This document shows, in pieces, positions 21,864 through 31,255 of a DNA stretch of 64,000 nucleotides. Position 1 is the first letter of the stretch, and every line of letters starts with the position of its first letter. The notes under the pieces are model-generated. The model was not told the origin of the DNA and made no database searches. It saw only the letters and a program-made list of their open reading frames with translations. The DNA is from Pelagomonas calceolata. Lineage: Eukaryota. Position numbers and translations under genes: made by a program. The stretch is taken from NCBI GenBank assembly GCA_918797485.1, contig CAKKNE010000005.1, positions 4,154,001 through 4,218,000 on the forward strand, written 5' to 3'.

Positions 21864-22478
21864 ATGCGTCAAGCGCTAGCGCTAATCTCAGCTGTGAATG
21901 CGTTTCAGACGGTATACGAGCCGCGAAGGAGCCGCACACGAAGAATCAGCGCTATCACGGACGGATTCGCTGTGTTTGAGGCTGCACACCCCACAGCGGC
22001 TGGATTTTTAGCACTGAGCGACGCCGCGGCGCCGCTCCTGCATGCCTGCGGCCTCGGCGCGGTGTCGAATTGCATCTCCCAATGTATCGCGGGCCACGAA
22101 GAAAGAAGTCCGCCTCTCAACTTACCTCGCGCGGCCGAGCGGTGGAAACGAAGGCGGAGAGCCGATCAGGTCGACGTGCCCGCGGCGGTGGCCTTCGGTG
22201 TAGTCGTCGCCGCGGCGGTGTACGCTTATGACTTGCCCGTCAATCAAGGCTACGTTTTCCTCGGCGCCTCGCTGTGGGACGCCGCGCGCAACGAGTTCGC
22301 GCGCCTTCGCGAGATCGACCGCTGCACGGCGGAACTGAGGACGATCGTGGCGGAGGTGCGGGCGGCCGCGACCACGGCCGACCCGGCCGAATTTGCGCAG
22401 CGCTACAACTCCGCGGAGAAGACGCTCGTCGAGTTGCAGACGCGTGTCGCCGACGGTCCGCTGCCGCGAAGTAGGTGA
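21864..22478 (+). CDS. Hypothetical protein, probably plastid-targeted
   Basis: Signal peptide ending AVNA-F; transmembrane segment. Confidence 0.55.
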   Translation: MRQALALISAVNAFQTVYEPRRSRTRRISAITDGFAVFEAAHPTAAGFLALSDAAAPLLHACGLGAVSNCISQCIAGHEERSPPLNLPRAAERWKRRRRADQVDVPAAVAFGVVVAAAVYAYDLPVNQGYVFLGASLWDAARNEFARLREIDRCTAELRTIVAEVRAAATTADPAEFAQRYNSAEKTLVELQTRVADGPLPRSR

Positions 22479-22480
22479 AA

Positions 22481-23338
22481 CTAAGTTACGGGCTTAATCC
22501 GCCACGTACCCAGCGCCAGGTGCTCGTCGCCGAACAGCGACTCCTTCAAGCCGTAAAGGCGCGTCGGCGCGAGGCCCACGGGCTCGCCGGCGCCCGGCCA
22601 CCGCCCGAACGGCGGGTCCGTCGCCGGCAGGCGCAAGTCCAGCTCGGCCTCGCGCTGCCGTCGCAGCGCGCCGTCCCGCTTCCCCACGAGGCCCGCGACG
22701 TCGCCGTAGGCCTTCGCCGTCTCGATGAGATCGCTGCCGTCCAAGCGCCGGTCGCCCTCGTTGTGGTCGAGGGCGCGCTCGAGCTCGTCCTGCGCCTTTC
22801 GCGTATCCGCCACGAGCGGCGCGAGCTTCTGGCGGCCCGCGGCCAAATCCGCAGGCGAGCGCCAGACCGCCGCCTCGAAGTAGCAGCGCCCCGGCGCGAG
22901 CGTGACGTCGTTGCGAGCCGCGGCGCTCTCGACGTCCAGCCAGCACCGCAAGATATCATTGTGATCGATGCGCCAGCCGCCCTCGGCGACGCGCACGCGC
23001 TGGACGCCTTCGCCGCTGACGAACTCGCCCTCGGTCAGCGGTCGCAGCGCACACGCGCCGCGGCCGACCTCGCTGTCCTTACTACTCGCGTCGTCGGAGC
23101 TCACCTCGACGTCGACGCTAAAGGCCATGCGCGCGCCCGACGCCGCCCAGTCCTCGGGCATCGACTCGTCGCCCTCCGTGCGACCCACGTCGAACGTGAG
23201 GCGCCAAGAGCGCGCGTCCCAGACGCCGCCCGCGTCATCCGTCGCGCTCGCGTCGCATCGATGGCGTGCGCGGCGCGGTATTGCTCCGTGCAGCGCTGCA
23301 CAGCTGTGGAGCAGTGCTACTATCCCGACTAGCCGCAT
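22481..23338 (-). CDS. Hypothetical protein with signal peptide
   Basis: MRLVGIVALLHSCAAL start; 285-aa ORF with coding bias. Confidence 0.6.
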   Translation of the reverse strand: MRLVGIVALLHSCAALHGAIPRRARHRCDASATDDAGGVWDARSWRLTFDVGRTEGDESMPEDWAASGARMAFSVDVEVSSDDASSKDSEVGRGACALRPLTEGEFVSGEGVQRVRVAEGGWRIDHNDILRCWLDVESAAARNDVTLAPGRCYFEAAVWRSPADLAAGRQKLAPLVADTRKAQDELERALDHNEGDRRLDGSDLIETAKAYGDVAGLVGKRDGALRRQREAELDLRLPATDPPFGRWPGAGEPVGLAPTRLYGLKESLFGDEHLALGTWRIKPVT

Positions 23339-23545
23339 TTTTCCGCAGCGCTGCGAACTGCAGCGAGCACGTGGAGGTCCAGGGACCTCCTGACCACGAC
23401 TGGACGCGGCTGTTTTTGCACTTGCTCTCACAAATCTAGCACGTCTATGACCTAGCTGGATTATGTTTTTGGAGAGCGACAGGCTCAAGCTCCGCACGTA
23501 GCAGCAGGCAGGCAGTGAGCAGGCGTGCACCGATCTTGCGGAGCG

Positions 23546-26500
23546 ATGGCGGGTTTCGCAACGATCGCCGCGCTCGACGAGCATTCGTTTGTCTACGGCT
23601 GCTTGCACGATGTAGCTGCTGCAGCACCAGCGGCCGCACCCGCAGCGAGCGGCGGCGCCGTCCCCGCGAAGTTGGTGGAGGAGTGCAAGAAGGCCGGCGA
23701 GGCCGTCGCCGCAGCCAAAAAAAGTGGAGCCTCCAAGGATGAAATTGCGGCCAAGGTCGAGAAGCTCCTATCACTGAAGAAACAGATCACCGCGCTCGAC
23801 CCCACCCACTCTTTAGCAATAGTAGACAAGAAGAAGAAGGCCAAAGCAGCACCTGTAGAAGAGAAGAAGGGCCTTTCCAAAAGAGAACAGAAGCGCCTCG
23901 CGAGAGGCGAGGACGTCAAGAAGAAGAAGAAGGACAAGGATCCCAATAGGTGGGCCGTCGACCCCGCGAAGGCCGCGGCCAAGGCCGAAAAAGCTAGACT
24001 GAAGGCTCTAGCTAAAGCGGAAGCCGAGAAGGCCGACGTCAAAGCAATTGCACCTCCAACGCCGAAAGGAGACAAAAAAATACTGGCCGAGCAGATGTCG
24101 AGGACCTACAACCCGGGCGACGTCGAGGCCGCCTGGCAGGACTGGTGGGAGAAGTCCGGCTGGTACGGCTGCGACGAGAAAAAAGCGTTGAAGCGACCGG
24201 CCGACGAAAAGTTCGTCATGGTACTACCGCGTGTGTGGAAATCAAGTTCAAGCGCCCTTCAATTTTTGGTGTGTCGCGGTCGGCGCGAGGTGTTTCTGTC
24301 CATACTCGGTCGCGTGCATCGCTCGGAGGTCGTGTCCGAGTTTGGGCCTCTCAGATGACCGCGGTGCCGAGATAGCGAGGGACGCGTCGCGTCGATGGCG
24401 TAGAGACCTCGACGACAACCTGACTCACTGGTCGATGTCCACACAGGTCATCCCGCCGCCGAACGTGACTGGTAGTCTGCACTTGGGCCACGCCCTCACG
24501 GCGGCGATCGAAGATTGTCTCACGCGGTGGCACCGCATGCGGGGCGACGCGACGCTGTACGTGCCCGGTACCGATCATGCGGGCATCGCTACCCAATCGG
24601 TCGTCGAGAAGATGCTGGCCAAGCAGTCTCCGCCGGTCTCGAGGCATGATTTGGGGAGGGAAAAGTTCCTGGAGCACGTCTGGGCCTGGAAGGGCCAGTA
24701 CGGTAGTCGCATCTGCACGCAACTGAGAAGGCTTGGTAGTAGCGTGGACTGGTCTCGGGAACGGTTCACGATGGACGAGCGCTGCGCCAAGGCCGTGACG
24801 GAAGCTTTTGTTAGATTCCACGAGGCGGGCATCATGTATCGGGCGTCTCGCCTCGTGAACTGGAGTTGTGCTTTGAAATCAGCCATCTCCGACCTCGAAG
24901 TCGACCACTTGGAACTCAATGGTGGCGAGCTGCGGACGGTCCCGGGCCACGGCGCCACGAAGTACCAGTTCGCCATGTTCACGGAGTTCGCCTATAAAGT
25001 TATAGGTTCGGATGAGGAGGTCGTCGTAGCTACGACACGCTTGGAGACGATGCTGGGGGACGTGGCCGTCGCTGTCCATCCCAAGGACCCTCGCTATAAA
25101 CACTTGCACGGCAAGAAGTTGAAACACCCCTTCTTCCCTTCTCGTGTTGTGACAGTCGTAACCGATGATGTGTTAGTTGACATGGACAAGGGCACCGGGT
25201 GCGTGAAGGTGACGCCGGCCCACGACCCCCACGACTACGACTGCGGGAAGCGGCACGCGCTGCCGTTCATGACCATCTTTTCGCTGGACGGGCGCGTCGT
25301 GACGCAGTGCACGCCGTTTTCGGTCACTGGTGCGGGGGACTACCCGGTCGAGGTGTTCCCATCGTGGATTGCCGGTCAGATGCGCTATGATGCTCGAGTG
25401 TTGGTGGAGAAGAAGCTTGATGAGTTGGGACTGTTGCGAGGCAAAAGCGAGAGACCGATGACCCTAGCTGTGTGCTCTCGTAGTGGTGATATTATCGAGC
25501 CGTTGGTGCAGCCCCAGTGGTTCGTGGACTGCACGGGGCCCGCGAAACGGGCCTGCGACGCGGTCAGGGACGGGTCTCTCAGAATAAGACCGAAGATGCA
25601 CGAGCGGACGTGGTTCAAGTGGTTTGTTGCGGCGTCCTTGCATCGACGCGTCGACGCCGTAACGCGCCACACCACGCAGGCTCGAGGACATAAGGCCCTG
25701 GTGCATCTCGCGCCAGCTCTGGTGGGGCCACCGGATCCCCGCGTGGTTCGCGTTTCGGAAAGGTGAGTCGAGAAATAACGTCGACGTCGACGCCGAACGG
25801 AATAAGGAGCGGTGGATCGTGGCCCGGTCGGAAGCACAGGCTTTAGCACAAGCACAAAAACTCCTGGGGACGAAGGACGTGACCCTAGAACGCGACGAGG
25901 ACGTCCTCGACACGTGCGATCTCGGCGTCCCGTCGTGTACAGGCGCCTTCACGCCGTCGATGCGCGTCGTCTCCATCAGACGAGGTCGTGGGTGGTCTCT
26001 TTTTCGAGTTTGAGGCCGTTCGGACCGTTTCCAGTGAATACGATGCTCCACACAGGTGGTTCTCGTCCGGCCTCTTCCCCTTTTCCGTGTTCGGCTGGCC
26101 CGACGACACGGACGAGTTCAAGGCCTTCTATCCGACGCAGTTGCTCGAGACGGGCCTCGACATCCTCTTCTTCTGGGTGGCCCGCATGGTGATGATGGGG
26201 CTGCAGCTCACGGACAAGTTACCGTTCACGGATGTGTATTTGCATGCCATGGTGCGAGATAAGGACGGCCGCAAAATGTCGAAGTCGCTGGGGAACGTCA
26301 TCGACCCCCTGGAGGTCATCGACGGGTGTCCCTTGGCGCAGCTCGTCGACAAGTTGAAGGCTGGGAATTTAAGGGCTTCTGAGGTCAAGAGGGCGGAAGA
26401 AGCGTTCAAGGCAGACTTCCCCGAGGGCATGCCGCGGTGCGGCACGGATGCTCTCCGAGTAGGGTTATTGGCATACACGGTCCAAGGCCGGGACATCAAC

Positions 26501-27993
26501 TTGGATATTAAGAGAGTTGTCGGTTATCGAAGTTTCTGCAACAAGCTCTGGAACGCCGTGCGGTTTATGCTGGGGACCTTTGACGACTACAAAGCGTCAG
26601 AAAATCTATGGAGTACACTGAAACCTCTCGCGGGCCGAGACAAGTTCATCCTATCACGCTTAAGAAGGTGTGTCTTGGACGTCAACACGTGCCTCACGGA
26701 GTACAAGTTCGGCGAGGCCGTGCAGGCCATCTACCACTTCTTCTTAGATGATTTATGTGACGTTTATGTCGAGCTCGTGAAACCCGTCATGTACGACGAC
26801 GATAAAAAAGGTAAAGGTAGGGACGCGGCGAAAATGGTCCTGTGGGCCTGCTTGGATGCTGGTTTAAGGTTGTTGCATCCGCTGTGTCCCTTCGTGACCG
26901 AGGAATTGTGGCAGCGGTTACCAAGAACCTTTGCCGTTAGCTCAATCATGGTCGCGCCCTATCCTACTCCGTCAGAAGTTGATACGTTCGATAACCAAGA
27001 GGCGGAGCGAGGCACGTCCCTAGTCTTGGAGACCGTCACGGGTGCTCGCTCGTTGCGAGCTCAATATTCACTAGCGAACAAGCCCGCGCACTTCCACGCC
27101 GTGTTTAGCAATGATGCGGAACGAGCATCCATACTAGAGGGGAGGAAGGACGACTGTAGCACACTCATGCGGGCCGCGTCGGTCAGTATCGGGAATAATG
27201 TGACACCTCCAAAAGGGTGCGGCCAGAAGCTCGTCGACGACAAACTCAGTGTCCTGGTGGACCTCAAGGGTCTCGTGGACGCGGATGCCGAAATCAAGAA
27301 GCTCCAGAAAGAACTCAAAACGGTCGAGCCGCTCGTCGCGAAATTAGAAGCGAAGATTAAAGACGCTCGTTACCTCGCGAAGGCGCCGGAGAAGCAACGG
27401 GTGCAGGACCGGGAGAAGTTGAAATCTTATGGCGACAAGGCGGCTGCGGCGCGTGCGGCCATCAAGTCGTGGGAGGAGTTCAAGTCGGGCGGTGGTGAGG
27501 AGGAGGAGGATGATTTCTGGGCCGAGGACGACGAGGACGATCCGGCGGCCGCGGCGGCGCTGGAGGAGGCCAAGGCCAAAGCCATGGCCAAGCTCGCGAA
27601 GAAGGAGGCGAACCAGCGGTCGTTATCTGTGCATAGATTAAATTGTTGCGACGCGTCTCGCGACGCCAGCTCGATGGCGTGGCGGGGTCTCCCACCCAAC
27701 TTACCGGTTGATTTACGCACAGGTCGTTATGTAACCTCGAGATCAAGCCCTGGGAGGCGGACCAGGACCTGAAGGCGCTCTACGCCAAGATCAAGGCGAC
27801 GGTCGTGAAGGACGGGCTCAAGTGGAGCGAGGGGTTGAAGTTGGTCGACGTGGCCTTCGGCGTGCAGAAAATTATCTGTACTGCGGTCGTCAACCAGAGC
27901 TTGTCCATGGACGCCATCATCGAAGAAATCACTGAAGAACTCTTCACGGACGAGGTCCAGTCCATGAGCATGACTTCGATGTCGCTGCTCTAG
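23546..27993 (+). CDS. VARS: Valyl-tRNA synthetase with N-terminal WHEP domain, fused to a C-terminal eEF1B GEF domain; 5 exons (introns 24221..24446, 25622..25679, 25914..26055, 27619..27722)
   Basis: [50 protein letters not shown]; acidic linker then [12 protein letters not shown]...GLKW...VAFGVQK...DEVQS. Confidence 0.92.
24221..24446 (+). mobile_element. Introner family A intron
   Basis: GTGTGTGGAAATCAA...TCGATGTCCACACAG; removal restores [12 protein letters not shown]. Confidence 0.8.
25914..26055 (+). mobile_element. Repeated intron family B
   Basis: Homologous to 14858..15074; interrupts the conserved DVLDT|WFSSG. Confidence 0.85.
27619..27722 (+). mobile_element. Introner-type intron with perfect 8-bp TSD
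   Basis: GTCGTTAT-CTGTGCATAGATTAA...TTGATTTACGCACAG-GTCGTTAT. Confidence 0.9.
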
Positions 27994-28022
27994 TTGGCTA
28001 AGAGATTTAGTTCATAGTAGTA

Positions 28023-29396
28023 TTAAACAACGGCCCCGCGCGGGCTGTCGAGCTTCGACGGCGGGACGCGCCCCATGGGTGTCGGCACGCGCTCCCCTTG
28101 GACGACCGGCGGCTCGTACGACGACTGACGCTCGGACATCTCCAGGGACCGTTGGTTCGACCGCTGGTCCTTCTTGCACCGGGCACAGATGGCCATTATA
28201 CTGATAATGATAACCATAATGAGGACGAGTGCGAAGAACACCTGTAAGCCACTTCGGCTGCCGTGTACATACTTCTTTTTAGCGGCCGCGACGGTCGGTG
28301 CTTGCGTAGGTTTCTGTGTAGGTTGGAGCGTCTCCTGCATGAGGTCTGCGGGGCCGCAGCACCTGCGTGGAAACGCGTCGATGGCGTGGGGGCGGACGCG
28401 TTTGATTTCCGCACGGTCTGTCACTGGTATATCGCCCCTTGGCCGAAGGCCGCCTTGCACGGAGCCCAGCCGGATTTTCCTGTAGGGTCGGGGGCCGGGT
28501 GGTAGCCCGCGATGCCACAGCCACGTTTCTCCCCTTCGGGAGCGCAGCAGTCGCTGTCGCGGTCGACGCAGATGTCGGACCGGCACGTCTCCTTGTACTC
28601 GTCCTTGGGGATGCAGCACTGGTAGATCGCGTCCTGGCCGAAGGCCGCCTTGCACGGAGCCCAGCCCGACCGCCCGTGCATGTCCGCCGTGACCTTGTAG
28701 CCGTCGACCTTGCACCCCCGGGGCTCGTTCTTCGTGCCCTGTTCGCCGCCCGTCGCGCAGCAGTCGTCGTCGCGATCCTTACATATATCGGAGCGGCACA
28801 CTTCGTTCGGGCTAGCAAATTCCGTATCTCTGCAACACTTGTAGGTCGCGTCCGTGCCGAAGGCCGCGTGGCACGGCGCCCAGCCGCTCCGGCCGGTGGG
28901 ATCGGGCTTTACCACAAAGCCAGGGATACTACATCCGCGGGGCTCGGGCTTGTCGCCCGCGCCTTCGCCACCGAGCGGCGCGCAGCAGTCGTTGTCCCTG
29001 TCAAGGCCTGCGTGCACAAAAACGTATCGCGTCGATAGCGTGGAGGCTCGTCTCGGGAAACGCACATATGTCGGTCCGGCACTCCTCCTCCTCCGACGGC
29101 GTGACGGTTGGCGCGAAGGTCGAGCGCCGGGGCGGCGGAAGCTCCGACTCGCAGGTGTCGCACGTTTTTCTACACGCCTCCTGCGCCGTTCTGTCGTCGC
29201 CGTGGACGTCGCAGCGCGTCGGCAGGAGCTCGCTCACCCACTGGCAGTTCTTGGTCTCGTCGTCTTTTTTGTGCCAGGTCGAATCGTCGGCGCAGGCCGG
29301 CGGCGACGGCTCCGCCGGGCCCGAAGCGGGCGGCGGCGTCTGCGCGTGGATCGAGGCGAGTATCAGAGCCGCTCTGAGCATCGACCGACGAGACAT
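28023..29396 (-). CDS. Type I membrane protein with an ShK-like Cys domain and three novel Cys-rich repeats; 3 exons (introns 29008..29065, 28363..28424)
   Basis: Signal peptide; 3x CRxDICxDRDxDCCA...RGC...GxSGWAPCxAAFGxxAxYxCC; TM helix FFALVLIMVIIISIMAICA. Confidence 0.75.
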
Positions 29397-29611
29397 TTCT
29401 TTTTGCTCGGTGTCACGATTCCCAAACTCCTGCTCGGCGGCGTCGACTCGACTGGCTGCCACAGGGATTTTTAGAAAAGTGGCTAGGGCCCTCAAATCGC
29501 GTGCGGTTTCTTCGCTTGCGCGCCTCAAAGATGAATTTATGTATTTTTTCGACGGTCAAACAACCTCTCCTCGCGATCGGGCACTGGTAATGAAAGCCTG
29601 AAAAACTAAGG

Positions 29612-29634
29612 GCTAGCGGCAGTAAGACACTAGC
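29612..29634 (+). promoter_or_regulatory. Recurrent promoter element (divergent promoter)
   Basis: gctagcggcagtaagacactagc. Confidence 0.8.
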
Positions 29635-29825
29635 AAGCATCTCTGGCGCTGAGTTTTTAGCTCCCATAGCTGGGCATACAGTAGTCCAGAACGCACGCAG
29701 CTCACTCATCACTCATATAGCGGCACTCCTGAGCCCGTGCGCCAAGCGCGACAAGCTATTATCGCGGCAGTGACTCGATCTCCGCTGCGCGTGCCGGCTG
29801 TTCAGGCTCGCCTGGAGCGCAGACG

Positions 29826-31250
29826 ATGAGTGATGTGGCAGCTCCGCCTCCAAAAACGCCCTCGCCGCTCACGGACCTGATACCGGAGCCGCTGCGAGAC
29901 CACCCGGCCGCCGCCGTCGTCGCTGGCGGCGCAGGGCTCGCCGCTTTAAGCTTAGGCTTGTCCGCGTTCCGGAGCACCGGCCGCTTGGCCGTATCCACGC
30001 TACGCCGGCGCGCGACGGCGACGCTCGAGGTCACGAGCCGCGACGCTGCGTACCCGTGGGTGCTCCACTGGCTGAAGCGGACGAATCCTATCGGATCATT
30101 TAGGCACGCGAGCGTCACGACGCTACATGGCGACGACGGCCCGACCTTTGACCTCGTGCCGGCGCCAGGTTTACACGTCGTGCGCCACGCGGGCCGGTGG
30201 GTCCTCGTGGAACGAGCCCGGGAGTACGGCACGGTGAACACGTCGAGCGGCACGCCCTGGGAGAAGGTCGTCCTCACGGCTTTTGCGGGTTCTAGTGACT
30301 TTTTTCCATCTCTACTCAACGAAGCGCGGCGCGACGCGGAGGGTAGTCGCGATGCAACGACAACGACGCTCTACACGTGCTGGGGCACGGAGTGGCGGCC
30401 CTTCGGCCAGGCTCGAGCCAAAAGACCGATCGAGTCCGTGGTCCTGAAGGAGGGCCAGGCCGAGAGGCTCGTACAGGACGTCGCCGAGTGGTCTAAGTCG
30501 AAAAAGTGGTACGCGGAGCGGGGCGTGCCGTATCGACGCGGTTATTTACTGCACGGCCCGCCGGGCGGGGGGAAGACGTCGTTCTTCCTGGCGTTAGCTG
30601 GTGCGTTGGACCTGGACGTGTGTCTGCTATCATTATCAGATGAGGGCCTGACGGACGATAGGCTCGCTTTAGCGCTGGCGAACGCCCCCAGGAACTGCTG
30701 CGTTTTATTAGAGGACGTCGACGCGGCCTTCGCTTCCGAGGAGACGAGTCGCGGCCACCTCACGCTAAGTGGTTTGTTGAACGCGCTCGACGGCGCGGCG
30801 GCGGCCGAAGGGAGGGTGGTGCTCATGACGACGAACTACGTCGAAAGATTGGACGCGGCTTTAATTCGACCGGGCCGCGTCGACGTCGTGGAGCTCGTGG
30901 GTGACGCGGACGCGGACCAGGCATCGCGGTTATTCCAGCGGTTCTACGAGGACGCGTCCGATGAAGACGCCGCGGCGTTTGGTGTCAATGCGACGGCCAG
31001 TAGAGCGCCGTCGATGGCCGAGCTGCAGGGTTTTCTGATTGCGCGGAAGGGCGATCATCACGCGGCGCTGGCCGAGGCGTCTTCGCTCATTCGGGACCCT
31101 CGTCCGGGACCCTCGTCCCGCGTTGACGCGGGTCCCCCGGCTTCGCCAGGAAAAAAACGGGGCCGGCGGCGGCTGACGGCGCTCGACGTCGACCGCATGC
31201 CCTTCAACCCGCAGCCCGGCTGGGAAGAGAGTAGTAACCTCCGGGAATAG
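29826..31250 (+). CDS. BCS1: Mitochondrial AAA chaperone BCS1
   Basis: WYAERGVPYRRGYLLHGPPGGGKTS, LLEDVDAAF, LTLSGLLNALDG, DAALIRPGRVD. Confidence 0.92.
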   Translation: MSDVAAPPPKTPSPLTDLIPEPLRDHPAAAVVAGGAGLAALSLGLSAFRSTGRLAVSTLRRRATATLEVTSRDAAYPWVLHWLKRTNPIGSFRHASVTTLHGDDGPTFDLVPAPGLHVVRHAGRWVLVERAREYGTVNTSSGTPWEKVVLTAFAGSSDFFPSLLNEARRDAEGSRDATTTTLYTCWGTEWRPFGQARAKRPIESVVLKEGQAERLVQDVAEWSKSKKWYAERGVPYRRGYLLHGPPGGGKTSFFLALAGALDLDVCLLSLSDEGLTDDRLALALANAPRNCCVLLEDVDAAFASEETSRGHLTLSGLLNALDGAAAAEGRVVLMTTNYVERLDAALIRPGRVDVVELVGDADADQASRLFQRFYEDASDEDAAAFGVNATASRAPSMAELQGFLIARKGDHHAALAEASSLIRDPRPGPSSRVDAGPPASPGKKRGRRRLTALDVDRMPFNPQPGWEESSNLRE

Positions 31251-31255
31251 TTTTA

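Noticed and set aside
22475..23332. Long antisense/shadow ORFs (this one, 2870..3730, 32531..33502, 8869..9582 and others)
   Set aside because: Expected artefacts of high GC3 on the strand opposite real genes
13856..27993. Apparent frameshifts suggesting pseudogenes in the C2 and ValRS ORF fragments
   Set aside because: All are resolved by GT/GC-AG introns that restore conserved motifs
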